From an uncultured Gammaproteobacteria bacterium (GTDB taxonomy: Bacteria; Pseudomonadota; Gammaproteobacteria; Ga0077554; Ga007554), in the NCBI GenBank assembly GCA_947085925.1, contig CAMTYI010000030.1:1-42367 (forward strand): a stretch of DNA of 42,367 nt, in the 5' to 3' direction. This document shows, one piece after another, positions 30,849 to 41,316 of this stretch. Every line of letters begins with the position of its first letter. Position 1 is the first letter of the stretch. The notes below the pieces were generated by a model that saw only the letters and a program-made list of their open reading frames with translations, searched no databases and had not been told where the DNA came from. Both the position numbers and the translations under genes were made by a program.

Positions 30849-32240
30849 TTACTTCTGCGCAGCCGAACGGCCCACGACTACCGTCACCATCCTGTCAGAC
30901 TGTACGCGCCGCTTGAAGGCGTCCTGGATTTGCGGCAGGGTGACGGCGTCCACCTTGGCAATAAAGGTGTCCAGGTAGTTCAGCGGCATGTTGTAAAAGC
31001 CGATCATGCCGATGTAATCGACGATTTTTTTGTTGGTGTCGATGCGCAGCGGAAAGCCGCCGGTGATGTTTTTCTTTGAGGCTTCAAGCTCCTTGGTGGT
31101 GGGGCCCTTTTCCACAAAGGTACGCAGCGTGTCGCGCATCACCTTGAGCGCTTCATCGGCCTGGTTGGAGCGGGTTTGCAGGCCCATGGTGAACGGCCCC
31201 CGGTCGCGCAGCGGCATGAAATAGCTGTAAGCGCTATATGACAAGCCGCGCTTTTCGCGGACCTCCTCGCTCAGACGTGACACCAGCCCGCTGCCGCCCA
31301 GTGTGTGGTTGCCCACGTACAACGCGAAATAGTCGGGATCATTGCGGCTCATGCCCGGCTGGCCTGAGAGGATATGGGTTTGCGCTGAAGGGTACTCGAT
31401 GTTGATGGCTTGTGCTGCCGTCAAATCGTTCACCTTGGGCAAGGCCAGTGCAGGCTCCCCTTCCGGCAGTTTGCTCACCAGAGTGTCCGCCAGCGCTTGC
31501 GCCTGGGCACGATCCAGCGCGCCAACGATGGCCACCACGGCATTGCGCGCCACATAATAGCGGCTGTGGTGGTTGACGGCGTCATCGCGGGTGAGCGCGT
31601 TGAGCGATTCCTCGCTGCCCAGTGGTGACGCGCCATAGGGGTGATCACCATACATGGCCTTGTCGAACGCCTTGTCGGCAATGGCATTCGGTGATTGCTG
31701 CTGCTGGCGTAGGCCGATCAGCATGCGCTTGCGGACACGCTCGAAGGCGTCCTGCGGAAAGGTGGGTTGACGCAGGATCAGCGCCAGGGTGTCGAGAGCC
31801 GGTTGCAGCACCTCCGGTTTACTCAGGCTGCGCAGGCTAACCGTGGCATTGTCCAGCTCGGCAGCAGCGGCGAATTGTACACCCAGACCACCGAAGCGCT
31901 CCGCAATCTGGTCGGCGTTCAGATCCCCCGCGCCATCGTTAAGCAGGCCGCTGGTAAGTTGCGCCAGGCCACCCTTGTCGCCATTGCGCGCGCCGCCTGC
32001 GTCGAACATGATGCGCACATCGACTATCGGCAGCTCCGGCGCGGGCACGAAATAGACGCGCGCGCCGTTGGCGGTCTGCCATTGCTGGATCACGGGGGCG
32101 GCACTGGCAAAGGTTGCAGGCAACAGGCTGGATACCGCGACAACCGCAAATACAGCAATTTTTCTTGCATTATTGAACATGGGGCGTTGCTTCCTGGTAT
32201 GGATGTTCATGGAATTGATCGTATCGGGATTAACGGCCAT
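30849..32240 (-). CDS. M16B peptidase, non-catalytic subunit
   Basis: Signal peptide, no HXXEH, REKRGLSY motif; start 32240 (after GGAGG) or 32180. Confidence 0.9.
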   Translation of the reverse strand: MAVNPDTINSMNIHTRKQRPMFNNARKIAVFAVVAVSSLLPATFASAAPVIQQWQTANGARVYFVPAPELPIVDVRIMFDAGGARNGDKGGLAQLTSGLLNDGAGDLNADQIAERFGGLGVQFAAAAELDNATVSLRSLSKPEVLQPALDTLALILRQPTFPQDAFERVRKRMLIGLRQQQQSPNAIADKAFDKAMYGDHPYGASPLGSEESLNALTRDDAVNHHSRYYVARNAVVAIVGALDRAQAQALADTLVSKLPEGEPALALPKVNDLTAAQAINIEYPSAQTHILSGQPGMSRNDPDYFALYVGNHTLGGSGLVSRLSEEVREKRGLSYSAYSYFMPLRDRGPFTMGLQTRSNQADEALKVMRDTLRTFVEKGPTTKELEASKKNITGGFPLRIDTNKKIVDYIGMIGFYNMPLNYLDTFIAKVDAVTLPQIQDAFKRRVQSDRMVTVVVGRSAAQK

Positions 32241-33612
32241 GGCGACCTCCCCCGGCAGGCATCGCACCATGCGCCGGTTTATCGCTCATCGGCTGCGGAT
32301 CAAGCACCGCCACGGTAAGGCCGTCGTCGACAAGATATTTGCGCGCCACTTGCTGGATCTGTTCAGGGGTGATGGCGCTGAGCTTGTCGACATACGCATC
32401 GAGCAATTTGGGGTCCAGCCCCACTGTGACCAGCGTTCCGATCTGCATGGCCTGGTAAAACGGCGAATCCAGCTCGTAGACCTTGCTGGCGATAACCTGT
32501 GCCTTGATGCGGGCAAGCTCCTGCCCGCTCACCGGCTCGTCCTGGATACGCTTGATCTGACCACGGATCGCCTGTTCCAGATCCGCCACGCTACGGTCCT
32601 GGGATGGCGTACCAGCGAAGTTGAAGACATCTGCGCCACGGTTATACATGTTGTAGCCCGCCCCCGCCTCAGCGGCGATTTGTGATCCGCGCACCAACTC
32701 CTTGGCAAAGCGCGCGCTGTCACCGCCATCCAGCACACCGGCCAGCATTTCCAGCGCATAGGGCTCCCAGCTTTCCTTGGCGGTTTTGATGACCGGCACC
32801 TTGTAGCCCATCAGCAAATAAGGCAGCTCCGCCGGGGCCTTGACCGTGACACGGCGCACCCCCTTTTGTTCTATTTCCTGACGCGGTTTGGCGGGTGTTA
32901 TCTTGCTGGGCTTGAGCGGCCCGAAGTACTGTTTGGCCAGTTTAAATACCTCCTCGGCCTGCACATCACCCACCACCACGACCGTGGCGTTATTCGGGGC
33001 ATACCATTTCTGGTACCACTCACGCAGATCCTCGGTGCGCAGATTTTCCAGGTCATCCATCCAGCCAATGATGGGGTGACGATAGGGGCTGTTGACGAAG
33101 GCCGCGGCGGTGAACTGCTCCTGGGTCAGGGACTGCGGTTCATCGTCGGTACGCAGGCGGCGCTCCTCCATCACCACCTTGATCTCTTTGGCGAACTCCG
33201 CTGGTTGCAGCAGCAGATTGCGCATGCGGTCCGCCTCCAGTTCGAAACTCACCTTGAGGCGGCTTTTCTCCATTTGCTGGAAATAGGCGGTGTAGTCCTG
33301 GCCGGTAAAGGCGTTTTCACGCCCGCCGTTGGCGGCGATGATGCGCGAAAACTCCCCCGCCGGACGCTTGGGCGTGCCCTTGAACATCATGTGCTCCAGC
33401 ACATGAGAGACGCCGGTGATGCCGTCGTTCTCGTAGCTGCTGCCTACCTTGTACCAGACTTGCGACACCATCACTGGCGCGCGATGATCCTCTTTGACGA
33501 TCACTCGCAAACCATTGTCCAGCGTGGTTTCGCGCAAAGTGTTCTCCGCCTGCGCGGACGGCACGAGAGACAGGCTGAGAAAGGAGGTGAGTAACAGGAA
33601 GCGTATCTGCAT
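32230..33612 (-). CDS. M16B zinc peptidase, catalytic subunit
   Basis: Signal peptide from MQIRF, HVLEH (HXXEH), NAFT, EERR; divergent from ftsY. Confidence 0.92.
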   Translation of the reverse strand: MQIRFLLLTSFLSLSLVPSAQAENTLRETTLDNGLRVIVKEDHRAPVMVSQVWYKVGSSYENDGITGVSHVLEHMMFKGTPKRPAGEFSRIIAANGGRENAFTGQDYTAYFQQMEKSRLKVSFELEADRMRNLLLQPAEFAKEIKVVMEERRLRTDDEPQSLTQEQFTAAAFVNSPYRHPIIGWMDDLENLRTEDLREWYQKWYAPNNATVVVVGDVQAEEVFKLAKQYFGPLKPSKITPAKPRQEIEQKGVRRVTVKAPAELPYLLMGYKVPVIKTAKESWEPYALEMLAGVLDGGDSARFAKELVRGSQIAAEAGAGYNMYNRGADVFNFAGTPSQDRSVADLEQAIRGQIKRIQDEPVSGQELARIKAQVIASKVYELDSPFYQAMQIGTLVTVGLDPKLLDAYVDKLSAITPEQIQQVARKYLVDDGLTVAVLDPQPMSDKPAHGAMPAGGGRHGR

Positions 33613-33734
33613 ATGATGTAGTCCTTGTTGTTGTCTTGAAGCCAGGCAGACTGAAACCGGGGCATGAATGATGTTAGAATGTCCTGCATCATCACGCCTG
33701 ATCTCAGGCACTGAGCTTATTGACCGAGAATAAC

Positions 33735-34763
33735 ATGTTTGGTTTCCTGAAAAAAAAGGGCGATGATAAAATTCCGCCCGATACGGCTACCGCTCCGGAC
33801 GTTGCAACACCCGTTGAGCAGCCTGCCGGACTCTTTGATCGCCTGAAAAACCGCCTGACGCGCACCCGCCAGGGTCTGACTGAAGGTCTGGCCAGCCTGG
33901 TGCTGGGCAAAAAGCAGATCGACGCGGAGGTGCTGGAAGACCTCGAAACCCGCTTGCTGAGCGCCGATGTCGGCGTGGACGCTACGCGCAAAATCATCGG
34001 CAATCTAACGGCGCGGGTAGCGCGCAAACAGCTCGCCGACGCCGATGCCCTGTTTGCCGCGCTGCGCGAGGATATGCTGGCGATTTTGCAGCCGTGCAGC
34101 ACGCCCCTGATGATTCCCAAGGACAGCAAGACACCGTTTGTGTTGCTCATGGTGGGGATTAACGGCGCGGGCAAGACCACCACCATCGGCAAACTCGCCA
34201 AGCGCTTTCAGAGCCAGGGGCACTCCGTCATGCTCGCCGCAGGCGACACTTTCCGCGCCGCAGCGGTGGAACAGTTGCAGGTATGGGGCGAGCGCAATAC
34301 CATCCCGGTGATCGCCCAGAAACAGGGGGCTGACCCTGCCTCGGTGGCCTACGACGCCCTCCAGGCCGCCAAGGCGCGCGGTGTGGACGTGCTGATCGCC
34401 GACACGGCGGGTCGACTGCACACCCAGACCAACCTCATGGAAGAACTGAAAAAGGTCAAACGCGTCATCGCCAAACTCGACCCCGGCGCACCTCACGAGG
34501 TGATGCTGGTGGTTGATGCAGGCATTGGTCAGAATGCGCTCAACCAGGCCCAGCAATTCGGCCAGGCGGTGGGCCTGACCGGCATCACCCTTACCAAGCT
34601 GGACGGCACCGCCAAGGGCGGCATCATCTTCGCCATTGCACAAAAGACGGGCCTGCCGATCCGCTTTATCGGCGTAGGCGAAGGCATCGACGATCTGCGC
34701 GAATTTGATGCTGCGGAATTTGTTGATGCACTGCTGGGGGACGAAGGGATGGCAAGAAAATAA
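33735..34763 (+). CDS. ftsY: SRP receptor FtsY
   Basis: GINGAGKTTT, DTFRAAA, DTAGR, TKLDGTAKGG. Confidence 0.98.
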   Translation: MFGFLKKKGDDKIPPDTATAPDVATPVEQPAGLFDRLKNRLTRTRQGLTEGLASLVLGKKQIDAEVLEDLETRLLSADVGVDATRKIIGNLTARVARKQLADADALFAALREDMLAILQPCSTPLMIPKDSKTPFVLLMVGINGAGKTTTIGKLAKRFQSQGHSVMLAAGDTFRAAAVEQLQVWGERNTIPVIAQKQGADPASVAYDALQAAKARGVDVLIADTAGRLHTQTNLMEELKKVKRVIAKLDPGAPHEVMLVVDAGIGQNALNQAQQFGQAVGLTGITLTKLDGTAKGGIIFAIAQKTGLPIRFIGVGEGIDDLREFDAAEFVDALLGDEGMARK

Positions 34764-34820
34764 GGATGGAACTGGTAGCCCTCGGTTCTCTTTCTTCATT
34801 TACTTGTTACTTTTGAAAAC

Positions 34821-35474
34821 ATGATCCAATTCACCAACGTCACCAAACGCTACCCCGGCGGCCATCAGGCCCTGAACAATGTCAGTTTCGAACTGAAGTC
34901 TGGGGAAATGGCCTTTCTCACCGGACACTCCGGTGCGGGCAAAAGCACCCTGCTCAAGCTGATCACCTGTATCGAGCGGCCCACCAGCGGGCAAGTGATG
35001 GTCAACGGCAAGAATCTCGGCAAGCTGGGCCGCCGCCATGTCCCTGCGGTGCGGCGCCAGATTGGCATGATTTTTCAGGACCACAAACTCATTAATGAGC
35101 GCAGCGTGTTCGACAACGTGGCCCTGCCGCTGGTGATCGCTGGTCTGCACAACCACCCGGAAATCGCCCGCCGGGTGCGCGCCGCACTCGACAAAGTGGG
35201 GCTGCTGGGCAAGGAAAAACAATATCCGGTGACACTCTCAAGCGGCGAACAGCAGCGCGTCGGCATCGCCCGCGCCGTCGTTAACAAACCGGCGCTGCTG
35301 TTGGCCGACGAACCCACCGGCAACCTCGACCCCGATCTGGCTGCGGAGGTGATGGGATTGTTCGGGCAATTCAACCAGGTTGGTGTCACCGTGCTGATCG
35401 TCAGCCACAACGTCGACCTCATCACTCGCTTCAGCTCTCGCATATTGCATCTGGAAAAAGGCGGGCTGGTGTAG
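34821..35474 (+). CDS. ftsE: Cell division ATP-binding protein FtsE
   Basis: GHSGAGKS, FQDHKL, LLADEPTGNLD; between ftsY and ftsX. Confidence 0.96.
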   Translation: MIQFTNVTKRYPGGHQALNNVSFELKSGEMAFLTGHSGAGKSTLLKLITCIERPTSGQVMVNGKNLGKLGRRHVPAVRRQIGMIFQDHKLINERSVFDNVALPLVIAGLHNHPEIARRVRAALDKVGLLGKEKQYPVTLSSGEQQRVGIARAVVNKPALLLADEPTGNLDPDLAAEVMGLFGQFNQVGVTVLIVSHNVDLITRFSSRILHLEKGGLV

Positions 35475-35523
35475 GGTACATCCCACGCACCACCCCCCCA
35501 ACCACTGAAAAAGCCACACATTG

Positions 35524-36444
35524 ATGCGCATAAAAAACTACTTTCTCAATCACCTCTACGCCTTCTTTTACAGCCTGGGCCAGATCAGCCGCGCGCCTCT
35601 GTCCAGCGTCATGACCATGGTGGTGATCGGCATCACCCTGGCCTTTCCCGCCGGGCTGTATGCCGTGCTGAAAAATGCCCAGCAACTTAGCGCGGGCTGG
35701 GATGACGTAGCGCAAATCTCGGTGTTTCTCAAAAAAGAGGTAGACGGGCAGGCCTTGGCCGATCTGGCAAAGCGTTTGCGTGACAGGCCGGATATCGCCA
35801 AGATTACGACGGTCCCGGCGGACCAGGCGCTGGAGGAATTCAGAAAACTGTCCGGGTTTGACGATGCCCTGCGCGCCCTGGAGGGAAATCCCCTACCTTC
35901 CGTGCTGATAGTTCAACCGGCGGCGGGGTATGCTGACCCGATGGCGGTCGAACATTTACAGGCGTCGTTGCGAAAACTACCTGAAGCGGATTTTGTCCAA
36001 CTGGATCTCCAGTGGGTACAACGCCTGCACGCGGTGCTTGAGATCGCCAAACGCGGCGTGGAGATCCTCGCCGTGCTGCTGGGGCTGGCGGTGCTGCTGA
36101 TTGTGGGGAATACCATTCGCCTGGGTGTCCAGAACAACCGTGACGAAATCGCCATTACCAAGCTGATCGGCGCCACCGACGGCTTCGTGCGCCGCCCCTT
36201 TTTATATGCCGGGGTCTGGTACGGACTATTGGGTGGCATCATCGCCTGGGGGCTGGTCAGTCTTGCGCTGCTGCTGCTCGATGAACCGGTGAGGAAGGTG
36301 TCGGCCCTGTATGACAGCACCTTCGCCTTGGGCATGATGGATGTCTGGACCACCCTGTTGCTGCTAACCTCGGGCACGCTGCTGGGTCTGCTTGGATCGT
36401 GGTTGGCAGTGGGCAAGCATTTACGGGCGGTTGAACCTGATTGA
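35524..36444 (+). CDS. ftsX: Cell division permease FtsX
   Basis: NPLP, VGNTIRL, KLIGATDGFVRRPFLY; four TM segments. Confidence 0.96.
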   Translation: MRIKNYFLNHLYAFFYSLGQISRAPLSSVMTMVVIGITLAFPAGLYAVLKNAQQLSAGWDDVAQISVFLKKEVDGQALADLAKRLRDRPDIAKITTVPADQALEEFRKLSGFDDALRALEGNPLPSVLIVQPAAGYADPMAVEHLQASLRKLPEADFVQLDLQWVQRLHAVLEIAKRGVEILAVLLGLAVLLIVGNTIRLGVQNNRDEIAITKLIGATDGFVRRPFLYAGVWYGLLGGIIAWGLVSLALLLLDEPVRKVSALYDSTFALGMMDVWTTLLLLTSGTLLGLLGSWLAVGKHLRAVEPD

Positions 36445-36849
36445 CGTGATCGGACGTAATAAAGTCGTAAATTGCCAGCCCAGTATTAGTGTGGGCTCCT
36501 GTCCCTCTCGCGCAGCTCTTGTTTAGCCCCGGGTGCTTGGCGCACGCTGCCACGGACTCGTGTCATCGAAAACCATCTTGTGGTAGTCCGCCTTGGTCAA
36601 GGCTTCGATCTGAGTAGCGAGGTTTTAAAAGTGAATTCTATGGTATTCCTTTCCATTTCAGGCTCTCATCGCAGAAATCGCCTTAAATGACGGATTTCTA
36701 TACGTTTGTCACCCGTTTTTTAATGAAAACCCCCGTATTCTGGCCCGCATTTTTGATGTTGTCCATGGAGGTATGTTATTATTCCGCAGAGGGATTCCGG
36801 TTTGTTGGCCCAGGCGCGGGTTCATTGTGACAAATATTGAGGAAAATAC

Positions 36850-37554
36850 ATGTTGACGAAAAAAATGTGGCTGGGCCTGGGTTTAATGTTTGCCGCCAGT
36901 GGCGCGTATGCGCAATCCTATGTAATGAATTTCAGCACGCCGCTGAACAGTGGCGCACCTGCCGCTACTGTGGCTATCCTCACCCTGACTCAGGATGGCA
37001 GTGATGTGGATTTCTCGTTGACCAAGATGGGTGTAAGCGGCTTGGGTAGTAGCTCCTTCATTTCGGAACTGTCACTATCCTACTTCGGCCCAACGTTGCC
37101 GGGATCATCGTTCAGCAGTATCGGCAGCAGCCAGACCATCGGCTCGTTTACGTTTAATCCGCCCGGAAGGAACGCGGGCTATAATTTTGATGTTCAGGTG
37201 CAGTTCCCGACATCCAATGGTAAAAAGTCGGACAGATTCCTGGATGATGACGTAGCCTCATGGACTCTCACCAATACCAACGTGAGCAGCTTTCTGACAT
37301 CCATTTCCGGTAGCGGCGCCAATGCCTATGGCATGGTGCATGTGCAGGGCATAACGAATACCGATCCCTTTTCGATCGCCTCCTTTAGTGACACGTCCCT
37401 CAAATATGTGGTCACACAAGGTGGCCTGATTTCACCCGTGCCGGAAGCGAGTGCCTGGGCGTCCATGTTGGTCGGACTGGGCGTGATAGGTTTGCTATTA
37501 ACGCGCCGTAATAAGGTCGGCGCACAAAACGTCGGACTTCCTTCCGCCGCATAA
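36850..37554 (+). CDS. PEP-CTERM sorting-domain protein
   Basis: Signal peptide (AYA), Ser/Thr-rich body, PVPEASAWASMLVGLGVIGLLLTRR. Confidence 0.9.
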   Translation: MLTKKMWLGLGLMFAASGAYAQSYVMNFSTPLNSGAPAATVAILTLTQDGSDVDFSLTKMGVSGLGSSSFISELSLSYFGPTLPGSSFSSIGSSQTIGSFTFNPPGRNAGYNFDVQVQFPTSNGKKSDRFLDDDVASWTLTNTNVSSFLTSISGSGANAYGMVHVQGITNTDPFSIASFSDTSLKYVVTQGGLISPVPEASAWASMLVGLGVIGLLLTRRNKVGAQNVGLPSAA

Positions 37555-37557
37555 GTT

Positions 37558-37587
37558 AAAGGGGGCGCTAATCATGCGCCCCTTTTT
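37558..37587. terminator. Bidirectional intrinsic terminator
   Basis: AAA-GGGGGCGC-loop-GCGCCCC-TTTTT between convergent genes. Confidence 0.8.
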
Positions 37588-37617
37588 CATTCTGGCGTGC
37601 CGAGTCGTTCGACGCCC

Positions 37618-37908
37618 CTACGCATCACTGATCAGGGCGTTAATCCTGACAGCAAGATCAAAATCCTTCTCCGTCAGTCCGCCCGCTTCGTGGGTGGTAA
37701 GCGTTAAAATGACATTCCGCCAGCGGATGTCGATGTTAGGGTGATGATTGGCAGCCTCCGCGAGAAACCCTACCTCAGTGACGAAAGCGATTGCCGCCGG
37801 GAATGAGCGGAGCCGGATGCTGCGATGGATCGCATCTCCTGCAAGCGCCCAGCCGCTCACAGTGCCCATTTGCTGCTCTATGTGGGTGATGCTGAGCTTC
37901 TCTGTCAT
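37618..37908 (-). CDS. phhB: Pterin-4-alpha-carbinolamine dehydratase
   Basis: AEAANHHPNI, LTTHEAGGLTEKDFDLA. Confidence 0.9.
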   Translation of the reverse strand: MTEKLSITHIEQQMGTVSGWALAGDAIHRSIRLRSFPAAIAFVTEVGFLAEAANHHPNIDIRWRNVILTLTTHEAGGLTEKDFDLAVRINALISDA

Positions 37909-37997
37909 CGTGTGACACCTCCAGTCGGGCGTTATGTTTGCGTGAGCGTTATGTGTCTGGACGTCACCCCCAGTAATAAGTTATTCTACGCGATTAC

Positions 37998-38074
<77 letters not shown>

Positions 38075-38110
38075 CAACAGAAATCCCGGCATAGATAAAA
38101 GATCACAGAC

Positions 38111-38605
38111 ATGAGCAATCCACTGGTCGGCGTGGTGATGGGCAGTAACAGTGACTGGGATGTCATGCAGCACGCCGTCAAGCAGTTGGACGCCTTTGGC
38201 ATTCCGTATGAGGCCAAAGTGGTGTCGGCGCACCGCACACCTGATCTCCTTTTTGAATATGCCGAGACCGCCGAGGCGCGTGGCCTCGCCTGCATCATAG
38301 CAGGCGCGGGTGGCGCGGCGCATCTGCCGGGAATGCTGGCCGCCAAGACTATCGTGCCGGTACTCGGTGTGCCAGTACCTTCCAAACACCTCAATGGCAT
38401 GGATTCCTTGCTTTCCATCGTGCAGATGCCCAAGGGCATTCCTGTTGCCACCTTCGCCATCGGCGAGGCAGGGGCCGCTAATGCCGGCTTGTTTGCCGCT
38501 GCCCTGCTGGCGCGCACCAACCCCGATCTTGCGCAGCGCCTCAACGCCTTTCGCGCCCGCCAAAAAGAAACAGTTTTGGCGATGGAACTGCCCGCACCGC
38601 AATGA
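38111..38605 (+). CDS. purE: N5-CAIR mutase
   Basis: [29 protein letters not shown]. Confidence 0.98.
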   Translation: MSNPLVGVVMGSNSDWDVMQHAVKQLDAFGIPYEAKVVSAHRTPDLLFEYAETAEARGLACIIAGAGGAAHLPGMLAAKTIVPVLGVPVPSKHLNGMDSLLSIVQMPKGIPVATFAIGEAGAANAGLFAAALLARTNPDLAQRLNAFRARQKETVLAMELPAPQ

Positions 38606-39750
38606 TACTGCCGGGTGCGATGCTAGGCATCCTTGGCGGCGGCCAGTTGGGCCGCATTTTTGCCGTCGCGGCGCGCACCATGGGCTATCAGGTTACCGTG
38701 CTGGACCCCGACCCTGACAGTCCGGCGGCGCACTTTGCCGATGCCCATATCGTTGCCGGTTTTTCTGATGAGAGGGCGCTGGAGCAGCTAGGCAAAACTT
38801 GCGCCGCCATCAGCACGGAATTCGAAAATGTTCCCGCCGATACCCTGCGTTTTCTCGCTCAATTCTGCACCGTGCACCCAGCAGCGGAGCCTGTGGCGGT
38901 AGCCCAGGATCGTATCACGGAAAAGAGCTGCCTGGCGGCAAACGGTTTCCCCTGCGCCCGCTTCGCGGTGATCCGCTCACGGCAAGAAATAGTTCAGGCA
39001 ATGCAGCAGATCGGCGCGCCCGCCCTGCTCAAGGTCAGTCAGTTTGGATACGACGGCAAGGGCCAAGTACGGGTAAACAACGCTGAAGAGGCGTTGGCGG
39101 CCTTCGAGGAAATGGGCGCCGCGCCCTGCGTGCTGGAGGAACTGCTACCGCTAGAACGGGAGATCTCAGTAGTGCTGGCGCGCGGCGCGGACGGTCAGAT
39201 TGCCGCCTATCCCGTGGCCGAAAACCAGCACCGCGACGGCATCCTCGACGTAAGCATCATCCCCGCACGTATTTCCGATGGTCTGGCGCTCAAAGCCACG
39301 CAGTCGGCCGCTGCGCTGGCGGAGCAGCTCGATTATTGCGGTGTGATGGCTGTGGAGTTTTTTGTTTTGCAAGGCGAACGCCTGCTCATCAATGAAATGG
39401 CGCCGCGCCCCCACAACAGCGGTCACTACACGCTGGATGCCTGTGTCACAGATCAATTCGAACAGCAGGTGCGCGCCCTGTGTGGCCTGCCGCTCGGTGA
39501 TACCCGCTTGCTCACCCCCGCCGTGATGGTCAACCTGCTGGGCGACCTGTGGAGCAAGGGTACGCCGCAGTGGGATCACCTTCTTATTCATCCCCAAACC
39601 AAGCTCCATCTCTACGGCAAACGCGAAGCCCGCCCTGGGCGCAAAATGGGTCATTACACCTGCGTGGATGCCTCAGTGGAGAAGGCATTGGCCGTGGCAC
39701 TGGAGATTAGAGGGAAGATTCTGGGCCGGACAACGGATTTATCAAAATAA
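38602..39750 (+). CDS. purK: N5-CAIR synthetase
   Basis: [40 protein letters not shown]. Confidence 0.98.
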   Translation: MILPGAMLGILGGGQLGRIFAVAARTMGYQVTVLDPDPDSPAAHFADAHIVAGFSDERALEQLGKTCAAISTEFENVPADTLRFLAQFCTVHPAAEPVAVAQDRITEKSCLAANGFPCARFAVIRSRQEIVQAMQQIGAPALLKVSQFGYDGKGQVRVNNAEEALAAFEEMGAAPCVLEELLPLEREISVVLARGADGQIAAYPVAENQHRDGILDVSIIPARISDGLALKATQSAAALAEQLDYCGVMAVEFFVLQGERLLINEMAPRPHNSGHYTLDACVTDQFEQQVRALCGLPLGDTRLLTPAVMVNLLGDLWSKGTPQWDHLLIHPQTKLHLYGKREARPGRKMGHYTCVDASVEKALAVALEIRGKILGRTTDLSK

Positions 39751-39762
39751 TCCCCCATACCC

Positions 39763-41272
39763 GAATGGCACTTACTTAAGCTTCTTTGGATGCCCATTTT
39801 TACGAACGTCCTCCCTGGCGATGTGTCGTGGCTTGGTGAGCAAAGGATACGGTTTAGGTCGTCGTTTGACGGCTCTTGGCTCGATACGTCCCGGGCGGTT
39901 CCCAACCTGTTGTTGGGCGATCAGGACAAACAGGGCAGACAGCTTGTCATCGTGGTCGTTACCTATTCCACATTGCCCCCACGCTACCCAAAGCTGCAGG
40001 GTGTGCTTGAAACTGAGCTCACGGGGCAGCCTGTCAGCCAGTGAGGCCGCCCGCGCCATTATCAGCCGGATCAGGTTGTAGGCCAGCAGGGTTACCCAGA
40101 TCTCTTTTTCGGCCATCGCCGGTGTCTTGCATCTGAGCACCTCCAGCCCCAAGGTGGTCTTGATATTGCGCAGGTCCAGCTCAACATGCCAGCGGTCGCG
40201 ATACAGTGCTTTTAATGCAGGCTTGGGCGTTTGCTTCGGGCACCACAGTGTTGTCATTAGGATCTTGCCTCCGGTATGCAGCTCCCGCACCTTCAGGGTG
40301 TCCGGGGCCTGGTCATAGTCCGCTTGCGCCATCCAGTCGGGCTTGATCTTTGGCTTAACCAGTTCAATCAGATGATCGCGCGACCCCAGCCGTTGGCCGC
40401 GACGAAAGTCGGTGCTGCGCCGACGTGCCCCCTGTTGTTCGAAGACCGCATCCACGCCGCGCTCCTGCAAGTCACACAGCAGAAAATAGGTGGCGTAGTA
40501 GGCGTCCCCCAGCAGAATATCGCCAGCGTTCAGCGTGTCGAGCATTGATCTGAGCAGGGACTGTTCATCGCCACTCTTGCCCCGGTACCGGCCGATGGCC
40601 GCATTGAGCACCGCCCCGTTTCCCAGGCACAGGATGCCCACCATCCGGCACAGCGGAAAACCCAAGCCCGGTTTTTGGCTGCGTGGTTGCGGGTAAGCCG
40701 CCTGGTTGGCCGGGGTGTCCGGCATCGGTACGGTCGTGCCATCCACCAACCGCACCGGCCGACCCCGCCAATGCCACGCCTGCGGCGATTGACCGGCCAT
40801 CGACCGGCCCGTGTGGCGAACCAACGTGCAGGCCATTTCCACCGGCAACCGCTGTCTGGCCCGGCAATAGGCGCCTGTATGCGTACTGCAACCCGGTAGT
40901 CCTGCTGCCAACCGCTGGACCGCCGCATCATTCACGGCCTTCTGACACGAGCGATCCGCGCTCAGGGCCTGCGCCAGAAACATGGACAGCGTTTCCGTCG
41001 GCGGAAACCGTCTTTCCCGGTGATCGGGCAACAGCGATTCCACCTGTTCCCGCCATTCAGGGCCGGTGAGAAGGTTAAGAAATTCATAGCCATCACTGTT
41101 CGCGGCATGACGACGAACACGTCTTTGTTGATGCGCACGCGCGCGGCGGTTAGGATGCATGAAGGCTGGCTCCTGTTGTGATGGGTGGTGGTTTCGCAAC
41201 TCACACCTTATCACCTTGAGCCAGCCTTTTTGTGATTCAGTTCAGACGGTTATACTTAAGTAAGTGCCATTC
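39763..41272 (-). mobile_element. IS4-family insertion sequence, 1510 bp
   Basis: Perfect 18-bp TIRs GAATGGCACTTACTTAAG (39763-39780, 41255-41272) enclosing one transposase; no flanking TSD. Confidence 0.93.
39772..41160 (-). CDS. IS4-family DDE transposase
   Basis: LVDGT, LGDAYY, YRDRWHVELDLRNIK (YREK motif); stop lies inside the TIR; start 41160 preferred. Confidence 0.93.
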   Translation of the reverse strand: MHPNRRARAHQQRRVRRHAANSDGYEFLNLLTGPEWREQVESLLPDHRERRFPPTETLSMFLAQALSADRSCQKAVNDAAVQRLAAGLPGCSTHTGAYCRARQRLPVEMACTLVRHTGRSMAGQSPQAWHWRGRPVRLVDGTTVPMPDTPANQAAYPQPRSQKPGLGFPLCRMVGILCLGNGAVLNAAIGRYRGKSGDEQSLLRSMLDTLNAGDILLGDAYYATYFLLCDLQERGVDAVFEQQGARRRSTDFRRGQRLGSRDHLIELVKPKIKPDWMAQADYDQAPDTLKVRELHTGGKILMTTLWCPKQTPKPALKALYRDRWHVELDLRNIKTTLGLEVLRCKTPAMAEKEIWVTLLAYNLIRLIMARAASLADRLPRELSFKHTLQLWVAWGQCGIGNDHDDKLSALFVLIAQQQVGNRPGRIEPRAVKRRPKPYPLLTKPRHIAREDVRKNGHPKKLK

Positions 41273-41316
41273 AGTCCTGAGGTGAAAAATGACACAAGAC
41301 AGAAAGCAGTATACCC

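Noticed and set aside
36741-36820. Sigma54 promoter for the PEP-CTERM gene
   Set aside because: The TGGC candidates lack a correctly spaced TTGC
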